Notes under the pieces: model-generated
Databases searched by the model: none
What the model was told of the DNA's origin: nothing
The model's input: only the letters and a program-made list of their open reading frames with translations
Shown: piece by piece, positions 27,752 to 36,864 of the stretch
Layout: each line of letters opens with the position of its first letter
Numbering within the stretch: position 1 is the first letter of the stretch
Translations under genes and position numbers: made by a program
Assembly (NCBI GenBank): GCA_937864535.1
Contig: CALMJS010000031.1
Span: forward strand, 23,468-87,467
DNA length: 64,000 bases
Direction: 5' to 3'
Origin: an uncultured Rhodobacteraceae bacterium
GTDB taxonomy: Bacteria; Pseudomonadota; Alphaproteobacteria; Rhodobacterales; Rhodobacteraceae

Positions 27752-28680
27752 TGGCACGCGATCATGGCGGCGGCGTAGATGCCGCTGTGGCGCATTGGGG
27801 CGGGGAACGTGCCGATTGGCTCGATCTGTCAACGGGGATCAACCCGGTCCCCTATCCCGTTGGCACGATTTCAGACCGCGCGTGGACCAGCCTGCCGGAT
27901 ACCGGCGCCGTTAACCGGCTAAAGGCAGCCGCCAGATCATTTTGGCAGGTGCCGCAGGAACTGGACATTCTGCTGGCCAATGGAGCCAGTGCCCTGATCG
28001 CGCGCATGCCTCAATTGACCACACATAAAACCGCGTACATCCCACAACCAACGTACAATGAACACGCTGCGGCATTTGACATGGCGGGCTATAGCCTGAC
28101 CAGCGAGGGCGCTGTTCACGTCTATGTCCATCCCAACAATCCTGATGGTCGGCTCTGGGGTCCAGAGATCTTTGAACCTCGCCCCCTGACCATCATCGAC
28201 GAAAGTTTTGGCGAGGTGACGCCAGAGGCGAGCCATCTGGGACGGGCCGTCCATGACGGTGTTCTGGTGCTCAAGAGCTTTGGCAAGTTCTGGGGGCTGG
28301 CAGGACTGCGGCTCGGCTTTGTGATCGGCAAACCGGACCTTTTGGCCCGGATTGCCAGACTGCAGGAACCGTGGTCGGTGAATGGACCCGCGCTGGAAAT
28401 CGGCGCGCGCGCTTTACTAGATCACGCTTGGGCTGCCCAAACCCGCATCAGGCTCGCGCAGGATGCAGCACGACTGGACGCCCTGATGACCGCACGAGGG
28501 GCCACCGTGGTTGGCGGCACCACGCTGTTCCGGCTCTATCAGGTGGACGACGCCGCCGCATGGCAGGACCGTCTGGCGCGCGGTCATGTCTGGTCGCGCA
28601 TTTTTCCCTATTCGACAACATGGCTCCGCCTCGGTCTGCCCGCGCCCGACCGTTGGTCACAACTCGAGGCTGCGCTGTGA
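27751..28680 (+). CDS. cobC: L-threonine-O-3-phosphate decarboxylase (CobC in P. denitrificans naming, CobD in Salmonella naming)
   Basis: MARDHGGGVDAAVAHWGGERADWLDLSTGINPVPYP and a class-II aminotransferase fold (KSFGKFWGLAGLRLGF). Confidence 0.85.
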   Translation: MARDHGGGVDAAVAHWGGERADWLDLSTGINPVPYPVGTISDRAWTSLPDTGAVNRLKAAARSFWQVPQELDILLANGASALIARMPQLTTHKTAYIPQPTYNEHAAAFDMAGYSLTSEGAVHVYVHPNNPDGRLWGPEIFEPRPLTIIDESFGEVTPEASHLGRAVHDGVLVLKSFGKFWGLAGLRLGFVIGKPDLLARIARLQEPWSVNGPALEIGARALLDHAWAAQTRIRLAQDAARLDALMTARGATVVGGTTLFRLYQVDDAAAWQDRLARGHVWSRIFPYSTTWLRLGLPAPDRWSQLEAAL

Positions 28681-29582
28681 CTGTCCTTTTGGCGATGATC
28701 CTCGACGCAATTTTCGGAGAGCCGAAATGGCTCTGGGATCGCCAACCCCATCCGGCGGTTCTGATGGGGCGGTTAATCGGCTGGGCGGATCGTCGGTTTA
28801 ACTGTGGCAACAACCCATGGGACCGGGGCATCGCGGTGATGGCCCTGCTGGTCGCGGGTGCGATGGCCTTGGGCGGCGCGATTCAGGCCCTGCCCGGCAT
28901 CTGGGCCGACGTCATCGGCGGTGCCATCCTTTTGGCGCAAAAATCGCTGGTGGATCACGTCCGCGCCGTGGCCACAGGATTGCGGCACTCGCTTGACGCA
29001 GGGAAACAGGCCGTGGCGATGATTGTCGGGCGCGATACCGCGGACATGGATCAGGCCGCCGTTTCCCGCGCAGCGATTGAGAGCGCGGCGGAAAATTTCA
29101 GCGACGGGATCATTGCCCCGCTGTTCTGGTTTGTCGTGGCTGGCGTGCCGGGGCTGCTGGTGTACAAAATCACCAACACCGCAGACAGTATGATCGGCTA
29201 TCGCACGCCCCGACATGAACAGTTTGGCTGGGCTGCGGCGCGGTTTGATGACCTGTTGAACCTGATCCCGGCACGCCTGACCGCCCTGCTGTTTGTCGCA
29301 ACAAAACCCAACCTATGGAAATTCGTACCGATCAGTAAGGATGCGAATTTGCACCGTAGCCCGAACGCAGGATGGCCAGAGTCTGCGCTGTCGCGGGGTT
29401 TGGGCGTCGCGCTCTCCGGGCCACGGGCCTATCACGGTGAATGGACAGAGTTCCCTTGGGTCAACGCCACTGGTCGGCGCGAAGCCAATGCCGATGACAT
29501 CGACCAATCAATCCGTGAATTGTGGAAGGCATGGGCCATAGCCTTGGGCGGGGTCTTGCTGCTGACTGTACTGTGCCTTTGA
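28677..29582 (+). CDS. cobD: Adenosylcobinamide-phosphate synthase (CobD/CbiB)
   Basis: VTVLLAMILDAIFGEPKWLWDRQPHPAVLMGRLIGWADRRFN is the CbiB signature. The in-frame GTG overlaps the cobC stop (GTGA). Confidence 0.88.
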   Translation: MTVLLAMILDAIFGEPKWLWDRQPHPAVLMGRLIGWADRRFNCGNNPWDRGIAVMALLVAGAMALGGAIQALPGIWADVIGGAILLAQKSLVDHVRAVATGLRHSLDAGKQAVAMIVGRDTADMDQAAVSRAAIESAAENFSDGIIAPLFWFVVAGVPGLLVYKITNTADSMIGYRTPRHEQFGWAAARFDDLLNLIPARLTALLFVATKPNLWKFVPISKDANLHRSPNAGWPESALSRGLGVALSGPRAYHGEWTEFPWVNATGRREANADDIDQSIRELWKAWAIALGGVLLLTVLCL

Positions 29583-29630
29583 CCCCGGCGGTCAGACTGC
29601 TAACGTAGCCGAAAACCTATCGGAGCCGTT

Positions 29631-30794
29631 ATGCGTATTGCCTTGACCCTTGCGACCCTTTTGATGGGCGGTGTTGCCACTGCACAGACCTGCGGCGGAT
29701 CGTTTGCGAGTTTCGTCGACGACCTAGCGGCAGAGGCTGTCGCCACAGGTCGCAACCCCGCCACCGTCAGCGCGTTTTTCACTGGCGTCGCCCAAGACCC
29801 GGACGTCCTGCGAGCGGATCGACGGCAGGGCGTATTCCAAAAGGATTTTATCGAGTTTTCCCGCAGCCTGATTTCCCAGAACCGGGTCGACAACGGGGCC
29901 ATCTATGGTCAACGCTACGCCGAAGTGTTCGACCGCATTCAGCGAGACTATGGCATTCCCAGCGGCGTTCTTTTGGCGTTCTGGGCGTTTGAGACCGACT
30001 TTGGTCAGGTTCAGGGCAATTTCAACACCCGAAACGCCTTGGTGACGCTGGCCCATGATTGTCGCCGCCCCGAACTGTTCCGCCCGCAGATTTTTGCCGC
30101 CATTGATCTGTTCGCGCGCGGTGATTTCGACCCCCAGACAACGACAGGCGCCTGGGCAGGGGAAATCGGTCAGGTCCAGATGCTTCCTGCCGATATTCTG
30201 GAGAACGGTAGGGACGGCGATGGCGATGGTCACGTCGATCTGAAACGGTCGTCGGCAGATGCGCTGCTGTCGGGCGCGGCGATGCTATCCTCGCTCGGGT
30301 GGCGCCCGAACGAGCCATGGTTGCAGGAAATCACCGTACCGTCGGATCTGGACTGGTCGAAAACCGGCCTGAATCACACGCTGCGCGGCGGCGAATGGCA
30401 ACAGCTCGGGATAGCGCCCAAGTCTGGGCAGATCGCCAATTTACCTGCCTCTGTTCTGCTGCCGATGGGTCGTAATGGGCCGGCCTTTCTCGCCTATCCC
30501 AACTTCCACGTTTATTTCGAATGGAACCAGTCGATGGTCTATGTGACCACCGCGGCCTACTTTGGCACCCGACTGATGGGCGCGCCTGTCTATACCGCTG
30601 GCACGCCAGAACCGGGCCTCAGCGGCGAGGAGCTACAGTCGCTTCAGCGCAAACTGGAGCAACGCGGCTACGATGTTGGCGGCGCTGACGGCATTTTGGG
30701 CGAAAAAACCCGCGAGGCCGTTCAGGCGGAACAGCAGCGGCTGGGGTTGCCCGCCGATGCATGGCCGACGCAGGACCTGCTAGGACGCCTGTAA
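29631..30794 (+). CDS. Lytic murein transglycosylase (MltB family) with C-terminal peptidoglycan-binding domain
   Basis: Signal peptide, FWAFETDFG (catalytic Glu context) and a C-terminal LQRKLEQRGYDVGGADGILGEKTREAV (PG_binding_1). Confidence 0.85.
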   Translation: MRIALTLATLLMGGVATAQTCGGSFASFVDDLAAEAVATGRNPATVSAFFTGVAQDPDVLRADRRQGVFQKDFIEFSRSLISQNRVDNGAIYGQRYAEVFDRIQRDYGIPSGVLLAFWAFETDFGQVQGNFNTRNALVTLAHDCRRPELFRPQIFAAIDLFARGDFDPQTTTGAWAGEIGQVQMLPADILENGRDGDGDGHVDLKRSSADALLSGAAMLSSLGWRPNEPWLQEITVPSDLDWSKTGLNHTLRGGEWQQLGIAPKSGQIANLPASVLLPMGRNGPAFLAYPNFHVYFEWNQSMVYVTTAAYFGTRLMGAPVYTAGTPEPGLSGEELQSLQRKLEQRGYDVGGADGILGEKTREAVQAEQQRLGLPADAWPTQDLLGRL

Positions 30795-30795
30795 T

Positions 30796-31692
30796 ATGGC
30801 CGAATGGGGCATCTGTACAACGGTCAAGGCACCGCTGATCGAGGTAGAGGCCTTTGTCGCGCATCACCTGTCGTTGGGCGCGTCGCAGATCTGGCTGCAC
30901 TTCGATGACCCGGACGACCCGGCGATACCGGCGATATCATCCGTTTTGGGGGTGACAGCGGTGCGCTGTGACGCCGACTATTGGGTAGACAACGGCGGCA
31001 AACGCCCGCCACGGATCGAGGGCCGCCAGTCCGCAAATATCCGGCGCGTCTACAAATCCGGCCTGCTGCCGTGGGTGGCGCATATCGACATTGACGAGTT
31101 TATCCATCCGGTGACCCATGTCGGCGCTGCGTTGGACCAGATAGACGCCGACGATCCGATTGTGCGCATGCGCCCGTGGGAGGCGCTGTACGCCCCCGTC
31201 ACCGACTTTCCCTTTGCGCCGGGCCTGTTTCGCGCCCCCATTCGCCCCGCGACGGTTCCCCTGTTGTTCGACCGTCTGTTCGGCGACTATAGCCCCCTGA
31301 TGGAGCGCGGCAGCCTGAGCCATGCTGCAGGCAAGGCATTCTACCGATCCGGGGTCGAGGGACTGCGACCGAAAATCCATACCGCGCGGCTCAAGGGGCG
31401 CCCGTCAACAGGCTATCCCTTCAATGACGATTTGCGGCTGCTGCACTTTCACGCGCAGAACAAAACCGCGTGGATCAACGCCCTGCCAAGGCGGCTCAAG
31501 AGCGGGTCGTACGGCGGCGCACCGGCAATGGCCGATTTTTTGGCGCACGCCACAGCAGATCAAATTAATGCATTCTACGATGCTGTCATGATGAATAATG
31601 CAAAATGGGAACAGTCCTGCCGCAAGCGTGACCTGCTGATAGAGGTAGACCTAAACCTGCCGGCCAAGGTTGCCAACCTCAGGCAACCATAG
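30796..31692 (+). CDS. Glycosyltransferase-like protein (GT2/GT92-type fold, DxD motif)
   Basis: 298 aa with HIDIDEF (DxD). Starts 1 nt after the mltB stop. Family assignment is uncertain. Confidence 0.45.
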   Translation: MAEWGICTTVKAPLIEVEAFVAHHLSLGASQIWLHFDDPDDPAIPAISSVLGVTAVRCDADYWVDNGGKRPPRIEGRQSANIRRVYKSGLLPWVAHIDIDEFIHPVTHVGAALDQIDADDPIVRMRPWEALYAPVTDFPFAPGLFRAPIRPATVPLLFDRLFGDYSPLMERGSLSHAAGKAFYRSGVEGLRPKIHTARLKGRPSTGYPFNDDLRLLHFHAQNKTAWINALPRRLKSGSYGGAPAMADFLAHATADQINAFYDAVMMNNAKWEQSCRKRDLLIEVDLNLPAKVANLRQP

Positions 31693-34600
31693 CCTCTGCC
31701 TTTTTCAGATCGACCGACACCAGCTGACTGACGCCCTGTTCGGCCATCGTCACGCCAAACAGCCGGTCCATTCGTGCCATCGTGACCGCATGGTGGGTGA
31801 TGATCAAAAACCGTGTATCGGTCCGCCGGGTCATTTCGTCCAGCAAATCGCAAAACCGCGTGACGTTCGCATCGTCCAGCGGCGCGTCCACCTCGTCCAG
31901 CACACAAATCGGGGCAGGATTGGCCAAGAACACGCCAAAGATCAACGCCAGCGCGGTCAAAGTCTGTTCCCCGCCCGACAGCAGAGAGAGGGTGGACAGC
32001 TTTTTGCCCGGCGGCTGACACAGGATTTCGAGGCCAGCCTCTAGCGGATCATCGGATTCGACCAGAACCAGCTTGGCTTCACCGCCCCCAAAGAGATGCG
32101 TGAACAAAAGGCCGAAATTCTCGTTCACCTGTTCAAAGGCGGTCAACAGCCGTTCCCGCCCCTCGCGGTTCAGCCCGTAAATCCCCTGACGCAGGGCCTT
32201 GATCGCATCCTCGAGGTCGGCCTTTTCGCCGGTCAGCGTGTCGAATTCCTTCTGGACAGCAACAGCGTCCTCTTCGGCTCTCAGGTTCACCGCGCCCAGC
32301 GCATCACGCTGGCGTTTGTACATGTTCACCTGATTTTCAATCTCGTCCGAGGGCGGCATATCCTCTGGAAGCACCCCCAGAGTCGCCAGCAACTGGTCCG
32401 GCGTCGTCTCTAGCGTTTCTCGAATGCGCTCTGCCGCGGCCGCAACGGTTTCGCGCGCGGCCTCGTTGCGGGCCTCTGCTCGGGCGCGTGCCTCCCGCGC
32501 CTCCGAGGCGAGCCGTTCCTTGTCCCGCTCAGCCAACTGGACTTCGCGCAGGGCGGTTTCCGCCTCGGCCAAGGCGTCTGCCGCCGAACGCCGCCGGTCT
32601 TCGGCGGTCTCGATCGCTTCGGTCAGTTCTTCACGCTTGGCAGCAATCTCTTCGGGCACTGTCATCGCCTCAAAGAGGTCCTCTTCCGACTGCTCCTTGC
32701 GCTCTTCCAATTCGGTGGTCCGTTTGGCGGCGGTATCCAATCGGTGCCGCCAACCGCTGACTTCCTTGGTGATTTCCTGACTACGCTTGAGTCGGGCATC
32801 CCCTTCACGCCGGATTTCATCAAAGTGGGACCGCTTGGTCATCATCATCATACGGGCGGCTTCAACCCGCATCTTGATATCCTCGACGCCCTCCCGCGCA
32901 TCTTCGAGGTTCGCCAGACCGCGCAGGCTGGCCTCTGCCTCTGCCACGGACCGTCGCGTGTTCAGTGCCTCTTCCTCATGACGCCGCAGCGCGAGGATCG
33001 ACGTCTCCCGCTTGCCATGGGCAAGATTCCGATCCGCCTCGGCACGGGACAGGGCGCGGGCGGCGTCGGCAACATGCTGGTCCGCCGTCCGCCGGGCCAT
33101 CCGCGCCATCTGGTCGGCCCGAGTCAAATCCTCGAGCCGCCGATTCAAAATGTCATGCGTATCCCGCGCAGCGCTGGCACGATCCTCGGCCTGCTCCAGA
33201 TCTTTGCGCAGGGACCGCAACCTGTTGATCTGTTGCAAACGCAGGGCCGCCGCTGACGGCGCATCCTCTGCCCCGGCGCGATAGCCATCCCAGCGCCACA
33301 GATCTCCAGCCACACTCACCAGCCGCTGACCCGGCAACAAATGGCCCTGCAAACGCGGGCCATCCGCAGCCTCGACCAAGCCGACCTGCGCAATACGCCG
33401 ACGCAAAACAGACGGCACATCAACGACTTGCGCCAGAGATGTCACCCCCTCGGGCAGGCGTTGGTCTTGCGGATAGGTTGGCAACTCGGCCCAGCCCGTC
33501 TGACCCTCGGCCCCGATAACCGGTGCGCGCAGATCATCGGCCAGCGCAGCCCCCAGGGCTTTTTCGTATCCCGACTGCACAGACAACAGGTCCAGAACCT
33601 GCCCGCCCTCGCGGCTGTCACGATCCACCAGCTTGCTCAGCGCGGCAACCTCGGCCCGCAGGGCACTGACCTCGCCCTCGGCGGCGGACCTCACAGCCCG
33701 CGCATCGGCCTCTTGCTGCTGGATATCCGCGCGGGCGGCCTCTGCCTCGATCAGGGTCTCCTCGGCACGCTCGGCCGTGTCGCGGGCAATCTCCTCGGAG
33801 TCTCGGGCAGCCTCGAACCGCTCTTGCGCAGTGGTCAGCGCGTCTTCGGCCTCTGCGACGGCGCTCTTGGCACGCTCCGCATCGCCCTCGGCCTTGACCA
33901 ACGCGCGGCGCAAATCGTCGATCAGACGCTGCGCCGACTGGTGCCGCGCCGCCAACCGGGCCACATCCTCGGTCTGCTCCGACAACTCGGTTTCACGGTC
34001 CTGCAAAATCGACGCGGCCTCACGCGCAGCCGTCTGCGCGTCATCCAGACGCTTGTCATGCCCTTGACTTGCCTTGGCAATCTCCCGGCCTTCCCACTCC
34101 AGCCGCTCGATCATTTCCACCGCGTCACGGTTCAGCCCGCCCTCGCGCTCGATATCCCGCGCGAGCTGATCAATCCGGTTCTTCAGCGTCTGGATCCGTT
34201 CCAGAGCCCGCATTTCTTCCTCTTTCAGCGCATCTCTTTGCACCGTCAGCCGCTGCAGCACAGCCCCCGCAATCGCCTCCTCCTCGCGCAGCTTGGGCAA
34301 ACCCGCTTCACGCTCTACGCGCATCCGTTCGGCCTCCCGGGCCGCGGATTCTGCTTGCGATGCGGCTACCGTCCGCTCGCGCAGCGTCGCCACAGCGCCC
34401 AACCGCGCCTCTTCCGCCTCTTTCCAACGACGGTAGAGCAACATGCCTTCCGACTTGCGCAGATTGTCTCCGATCTCGCGGTATCGCGCGGCCTGTCGCG
34501 CCTGCCGGGCCAGTTGTTGCAACTGGTTGGCCAGCTGCTCGATCACATCATCGACCCGCTCTAGGTTCTGTTCGGCCGCCTTGAGCTTCAGCTCGGCTTC

Positions 34601-35134
34601 ATGCCGCCGCTGATAGAGCCCGGAAATACCGGCTGCTTCTTCCAGAATACGCCGCCTCGCCTTGGGCTTGGCATTGATCAGCTCGGAAATTTGCCCCTGA
34701 CGCACCAAGGCAGGCGAATGCGCCCCGGTCGACGCGTCCGCAAACAGCATTTGCACATCGCGCGCGCGGACATCCTTGGTCCCCACCTTGTAGGCGCTGC
34801 CAATGTCACGCGTGATCCGGCGGACAATCTCCAACTGGTCCAGATCGTTAAAGGCCGCCGGCGCCAACCGCTCCGAGTTATCGATGACCAGCGCCACTTC
34901 GGCGTAGTTGCGGGCCGGGCGGGTCGCCGCCCCGGCAAAAATCACGTCTTCCATCCCGCCGCCGCGCATCGCCGTCGGACGGTTTTCCCCCATCACCCAG
35001 CGCAGCGCCTCGAGCAGATTGGACTTCCCGCACCCGTTGGGTCCGACAACACCTGTCAGGCCTTCGGAAATAACCAACTCCGTCGGATCGACGAAGCTCT
35101 TGAAACCGTTCAGTCGCAATTTGTTAAAGCGCAC
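31679..35134 (-). CDS. smc: Chromosome segregation protein SMC
   Basis: 1151 aa with Walker A GPNGCGKSNLLEAL, long coiled coils, the LSGGEQTLTALAL signature and Walker B ICVLDEVDAPLD. Confidence 0.95.
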   Translation of the reverse strand: MRFNKLRLNGFKSFVDPTELVISEGLTGVVGPNGCGKSNLLEALRWVMGENRPTAMRGGGMEDVIFAGAATRPARNYAEVALVIDNSERLAPAAFNDLDQLEIVRRITRDIGSAYKVGTKDVRARDVQMLFADASTGAHSPALVRQGQISELINAKPKARRRILEEAAGISGLYQRRHEAELKLKAAEQNLERVDDVIEQLANQLQQLARQARQAARYREIGDNLRKSEGMLLYRRWKEAEEARLGAVATLRERTVAASQAESAAREAERMRVEREAGLPKLREEEAIAGAVLQRLTVQRDALKEEEMRALERIQTLKNRIDQLARDIEREGGLNRDAVEMIERLEWEGREIAKASQGHDKRLDDAQTAAREAASILQDRETELSEQTEDVARLAARHQSAQRLIDDLRRALVKAEGDAERAKSAVAEAEDALTTAQERFEAARDSEEIARDTAERAEETLIEAEAARADIQQQEADARAVRSAAEGEVSALRAEVAALSKLVDRDSREGGQVLDLLSVQSGYEKALGAALADDLRAPVIGAEGQTGWAELPTYPQDQRLPEGVTSLAQVVDVPSVLRRRIAQVGLVEAADGPRLQGHLLPGQRLVSVAGDLWRWDGYRAGAEDAPSAAALRLQQINRLRSLRKDLEQAEDRASAARDTHDILNRRLEDLTRADQMARMARRTADQHVADAARALSRAEADRNLAHGKRETSILALRRHEEEALNTRRSVAEAEASLRGLANLEDAREGVEDIKMRVEAARMMMMTKRSHFDEIRREGDARLKRSQEITKEVSGWRHRLDTAAKRTTELEERKEQSEEDLFEAMTVPEEIAAKREELTEAIETAEDRRRSAADALAEAETALREVQLAERDKERLASEAREARARAEARNEAARETVAAAAERIRETLETTPDQLLATLGVLPEDMPPSDEIENQVNMYKRQRDALGAVNLRAEEDAVAVQKEFDTLTGEKADLEDAIKALRQGIYGLNREGRERLLTAFEQVNENFGLLFTHLFGGGEAKLVLVESDDPLEAGLEILCQPPGKKLSTLSLLSGGEQTLTALALIFGVFLANPAPICVLDEVDAPLDDANVTRFCDLLDEMTRRTDTRFLIITHHAVTMARMDRLFGVTMAEQGVSQLVSVDLKKAEAMVA

Positions 35135-35257
35135 TGTCTGGCCTCCTGCTCGATTCTTGTTGGGACTTGATTGTCCGGCCCCGAGCCGGCCGAGTCAACG
35201 AAACCGCCCCGAATATGGCCCCCATCGGCGGGTTATCCACAATATATCGCCGCCGCG

Positions 35258-35317
35258 CTTTCATCTTTCCCCCAAATACCTCCGCCGGAGGCTCGGTTCT
35301 GCCGCAGGCAGAGCCGA
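35258..35317 (+). repeat. Intergenic repeat copy 4
   Basis: GCTTTCATCTTTCCCCCAAATACCTCCGCCGGAGGC, then hairpin tcggttctgcc-gca-ggcagagccga. Confidence 0.9.
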
Positions 35318-35384
35318 TTTGCGACGGTGGCACCCCATGACAGGTCGCGAATCCACCTTGACCGACCGGCCGTTGCAGCGCACA

Positions 35385-35590
35385 AAGGGACCGCACGGTG
35401 CCTCACGATGGATGCAAAGCGTCCGAGGATAACCGGGAATGCGGTAAGGCCAGATCCTATTCGGAGGGCCAATTCCGCAGCCGCCCCCGCGACTGTATGC
35501 GGCGAGCGTGCCCAAAACGCCACTGGGACACCGGGAAGGCAGGGCCACGCAGCGACCCGCGAGCCAGGAGACCGACCTTGCAAAACGTTC
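35385..35590 (+). promoter_or_regulatory. Cobalamin (B12) riboswitch controlling cbtB-cbtA
   Basis: Conserved blocks ggtgcc..., aaccgggaatgcggt, gccgcccccgcgactgta, gccactgg...gggaaggc and the B12 box agccaggagaccgacc (35562-35577). A downstream acctcc segment could pair with the cbtB AAGGAG Shine-Dalgarno. Confidence 0.85.
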
Positions 35591-35625
35591 AACCTCCGTC
35601 GGGTGTGACGGAAAAGGAGATAAAG

Positions 35626-35793
35626 ATGACCAAGACCTTCGCGATTGCACGCGCCAATACCGAAATCCTGTCGATCGCCGCTGCGGCTCTGATCGGCCTG
35701 AGCCTGATTTTCGTTGCCGGCATGAGCCACTCTGCCACTGCGCACGATCTGACCCATGATTCCCGTCACGCAATCGGCTTTCCCTGCCACTAA
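35626..35793 (+). CDS. cbtB: Cobalt transporter subunit CbtB
   Basis: 55 aa, one TM, C-terminal HDLTHDSRHAIGFPCH signature. AAGGAG Shine-Dalgarno before the ATG at 35626. Confidence 0.85.
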   Translation: MTKTFAIARANTEILSIAAAALIGLSLIFVAGMSHSATAHDLTHDSRHAIGFPCH

Positions 35794-35811
35794 AGCAGAC
35801 CGAACAGTCCA

Positions 35812-36486
35812 ATGCTGAAAAAACTTTTTACCGGCGCGTTGTTCGCCGGTTTGGCCGCGGGGGCCCTCGCGGCCCTGTTGCAACTTGTTTTCGTCACTCC
35901 GCTGTTGATGGAGGGCGAACTCTATGAATTCGGGGATCGGGTTCACTTTGGTGAGTCCGGACCCATGTCGCCTGCGGGACATCCAGCCATCTGGACGGAA
36001 ATGCCACGCCATTTCACGACCTTTGCCAGCAATCTGGTCACCTATACCGGCTTTGCCTTTGTCGTTGTGGCACTGATGGCGCTGGCCTCGAAATTCGGGG
36101 CGCGGATCACGGCCCGAACCGGCGCAGTCTGGGGGCTTTGCGCCTTTCTGGCTGTCAACCTCGCGCCGTCGTTCGGTTTGCCGCCCGAACTACCCGGCAC
36201 GATGTCGGCTGACCTCGATATCCGTCAAATCTGGTGGATGGCGACGATTGGCGCGACCGGAACCGGGCTGGCGCTATTGGCCTTTGGGCGGATGAACGTC
36301 CACTACGCCTTGGCGCTCATCCTGATACTCGCACCGCATCTGGTCGGCGCGCCGCATCTGGACACCTACTATGGCGAGGCACCGCCGGAACTCGGCGCTC
36401 TGTTCGCGGTTCGCAGCCTCGGCGTTGCGGCTCCGGTTTGGACCCTTCTGGGTCTGGTCGCCGGCTGGGTCTGGTCACGCGACTAG
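35812..36486 (+). CDS. cbtA: Cobalt transporter subunit CbtA
   Basis: 224 aa multi-TM protein immediately after cbtB, behind the B12 riboswitch. Confidence 0.8.
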   Translation: MLKKLFTGALFAGLAAGALAALLQLVFVTPLLMEGELYEFGDRVHFGESGPMSPAGHPAIWTEMPRHFTTFASNLVTYTGFAFVVVALMALASKFGARITARTGAVWGLCAFLAVNLAPSFGLPPELPGTMSADLDIRQIWWMATIGATGTGLALLAFGRMNVHYALALILILAPHLVGAPHLDTYYGEAPPELGALFAVRSLGVAAPVWTLLGLVAGWVWSRD

Positions 36487-36806
36487 GCCGGGATTCGTCC
36501 CAGCAAACAAAACCGCAGTTGGCCGATGGACCGGACGTCATGGACGATACCATCATCGGCCGCTGCATACAGTCGGGCGAACTCGGCGATCTCTTGGGCC
36601 TGTGTGTCGGGATCGACGCCGGAAAACAGATAGGCGGCCTTGCCTGCCGCACGGAACGACACCGTGACCGGCTTGCCGCAGACGATCATACAGTCTGTCG
36701 TCGCCACCTCAGCCTCGACCATACCGCGCAGCCGTTCTGCCAGCGCAGCCCCCTGTGCGGGACCGTCCGAACGGCAGCTTTCGCAGATGGTGATACGATC
36801 CGCCAT
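36483..36806 (-). CDS. DUF1636-family predicted metal-binding protein (copy 2)
   Basis: MADRITICESCR...TDCMIVCGKP has the same four-Cys pattern as copy 1. GGAAAGGAAAG precedes the ATG at 36806. Shares a CTAG stop overlap with cbtA. Confidence 0.7.
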   Translation of the reverse strand: MADRITICESCRSDGPAQGAALAERLRGMVEAEVATTDCMIVCGKPVTVSFRAAGKAAYLFSGVDPDTQAQEIAEFARLYAAADDGIVHDVRSIGQLRFCLLGRIPA

Positions 36807-36864
36807 CGTCTTTCCTTTCCGGCCCGATTGGGCCAAACATATGCGACCCATATCGGAGCCCGCC

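Noticed and set aside
35233-35241. A perfect DnaA-box 9-mer TTATCCACA in the smc upstream region.
   Set aside because: It is a single isolated box. About half an occurrence is expected by chance on two strands of 64 kb. There is no cluster of boxes, AT-rich unwinding element or dnaA/hemE-type origin context.
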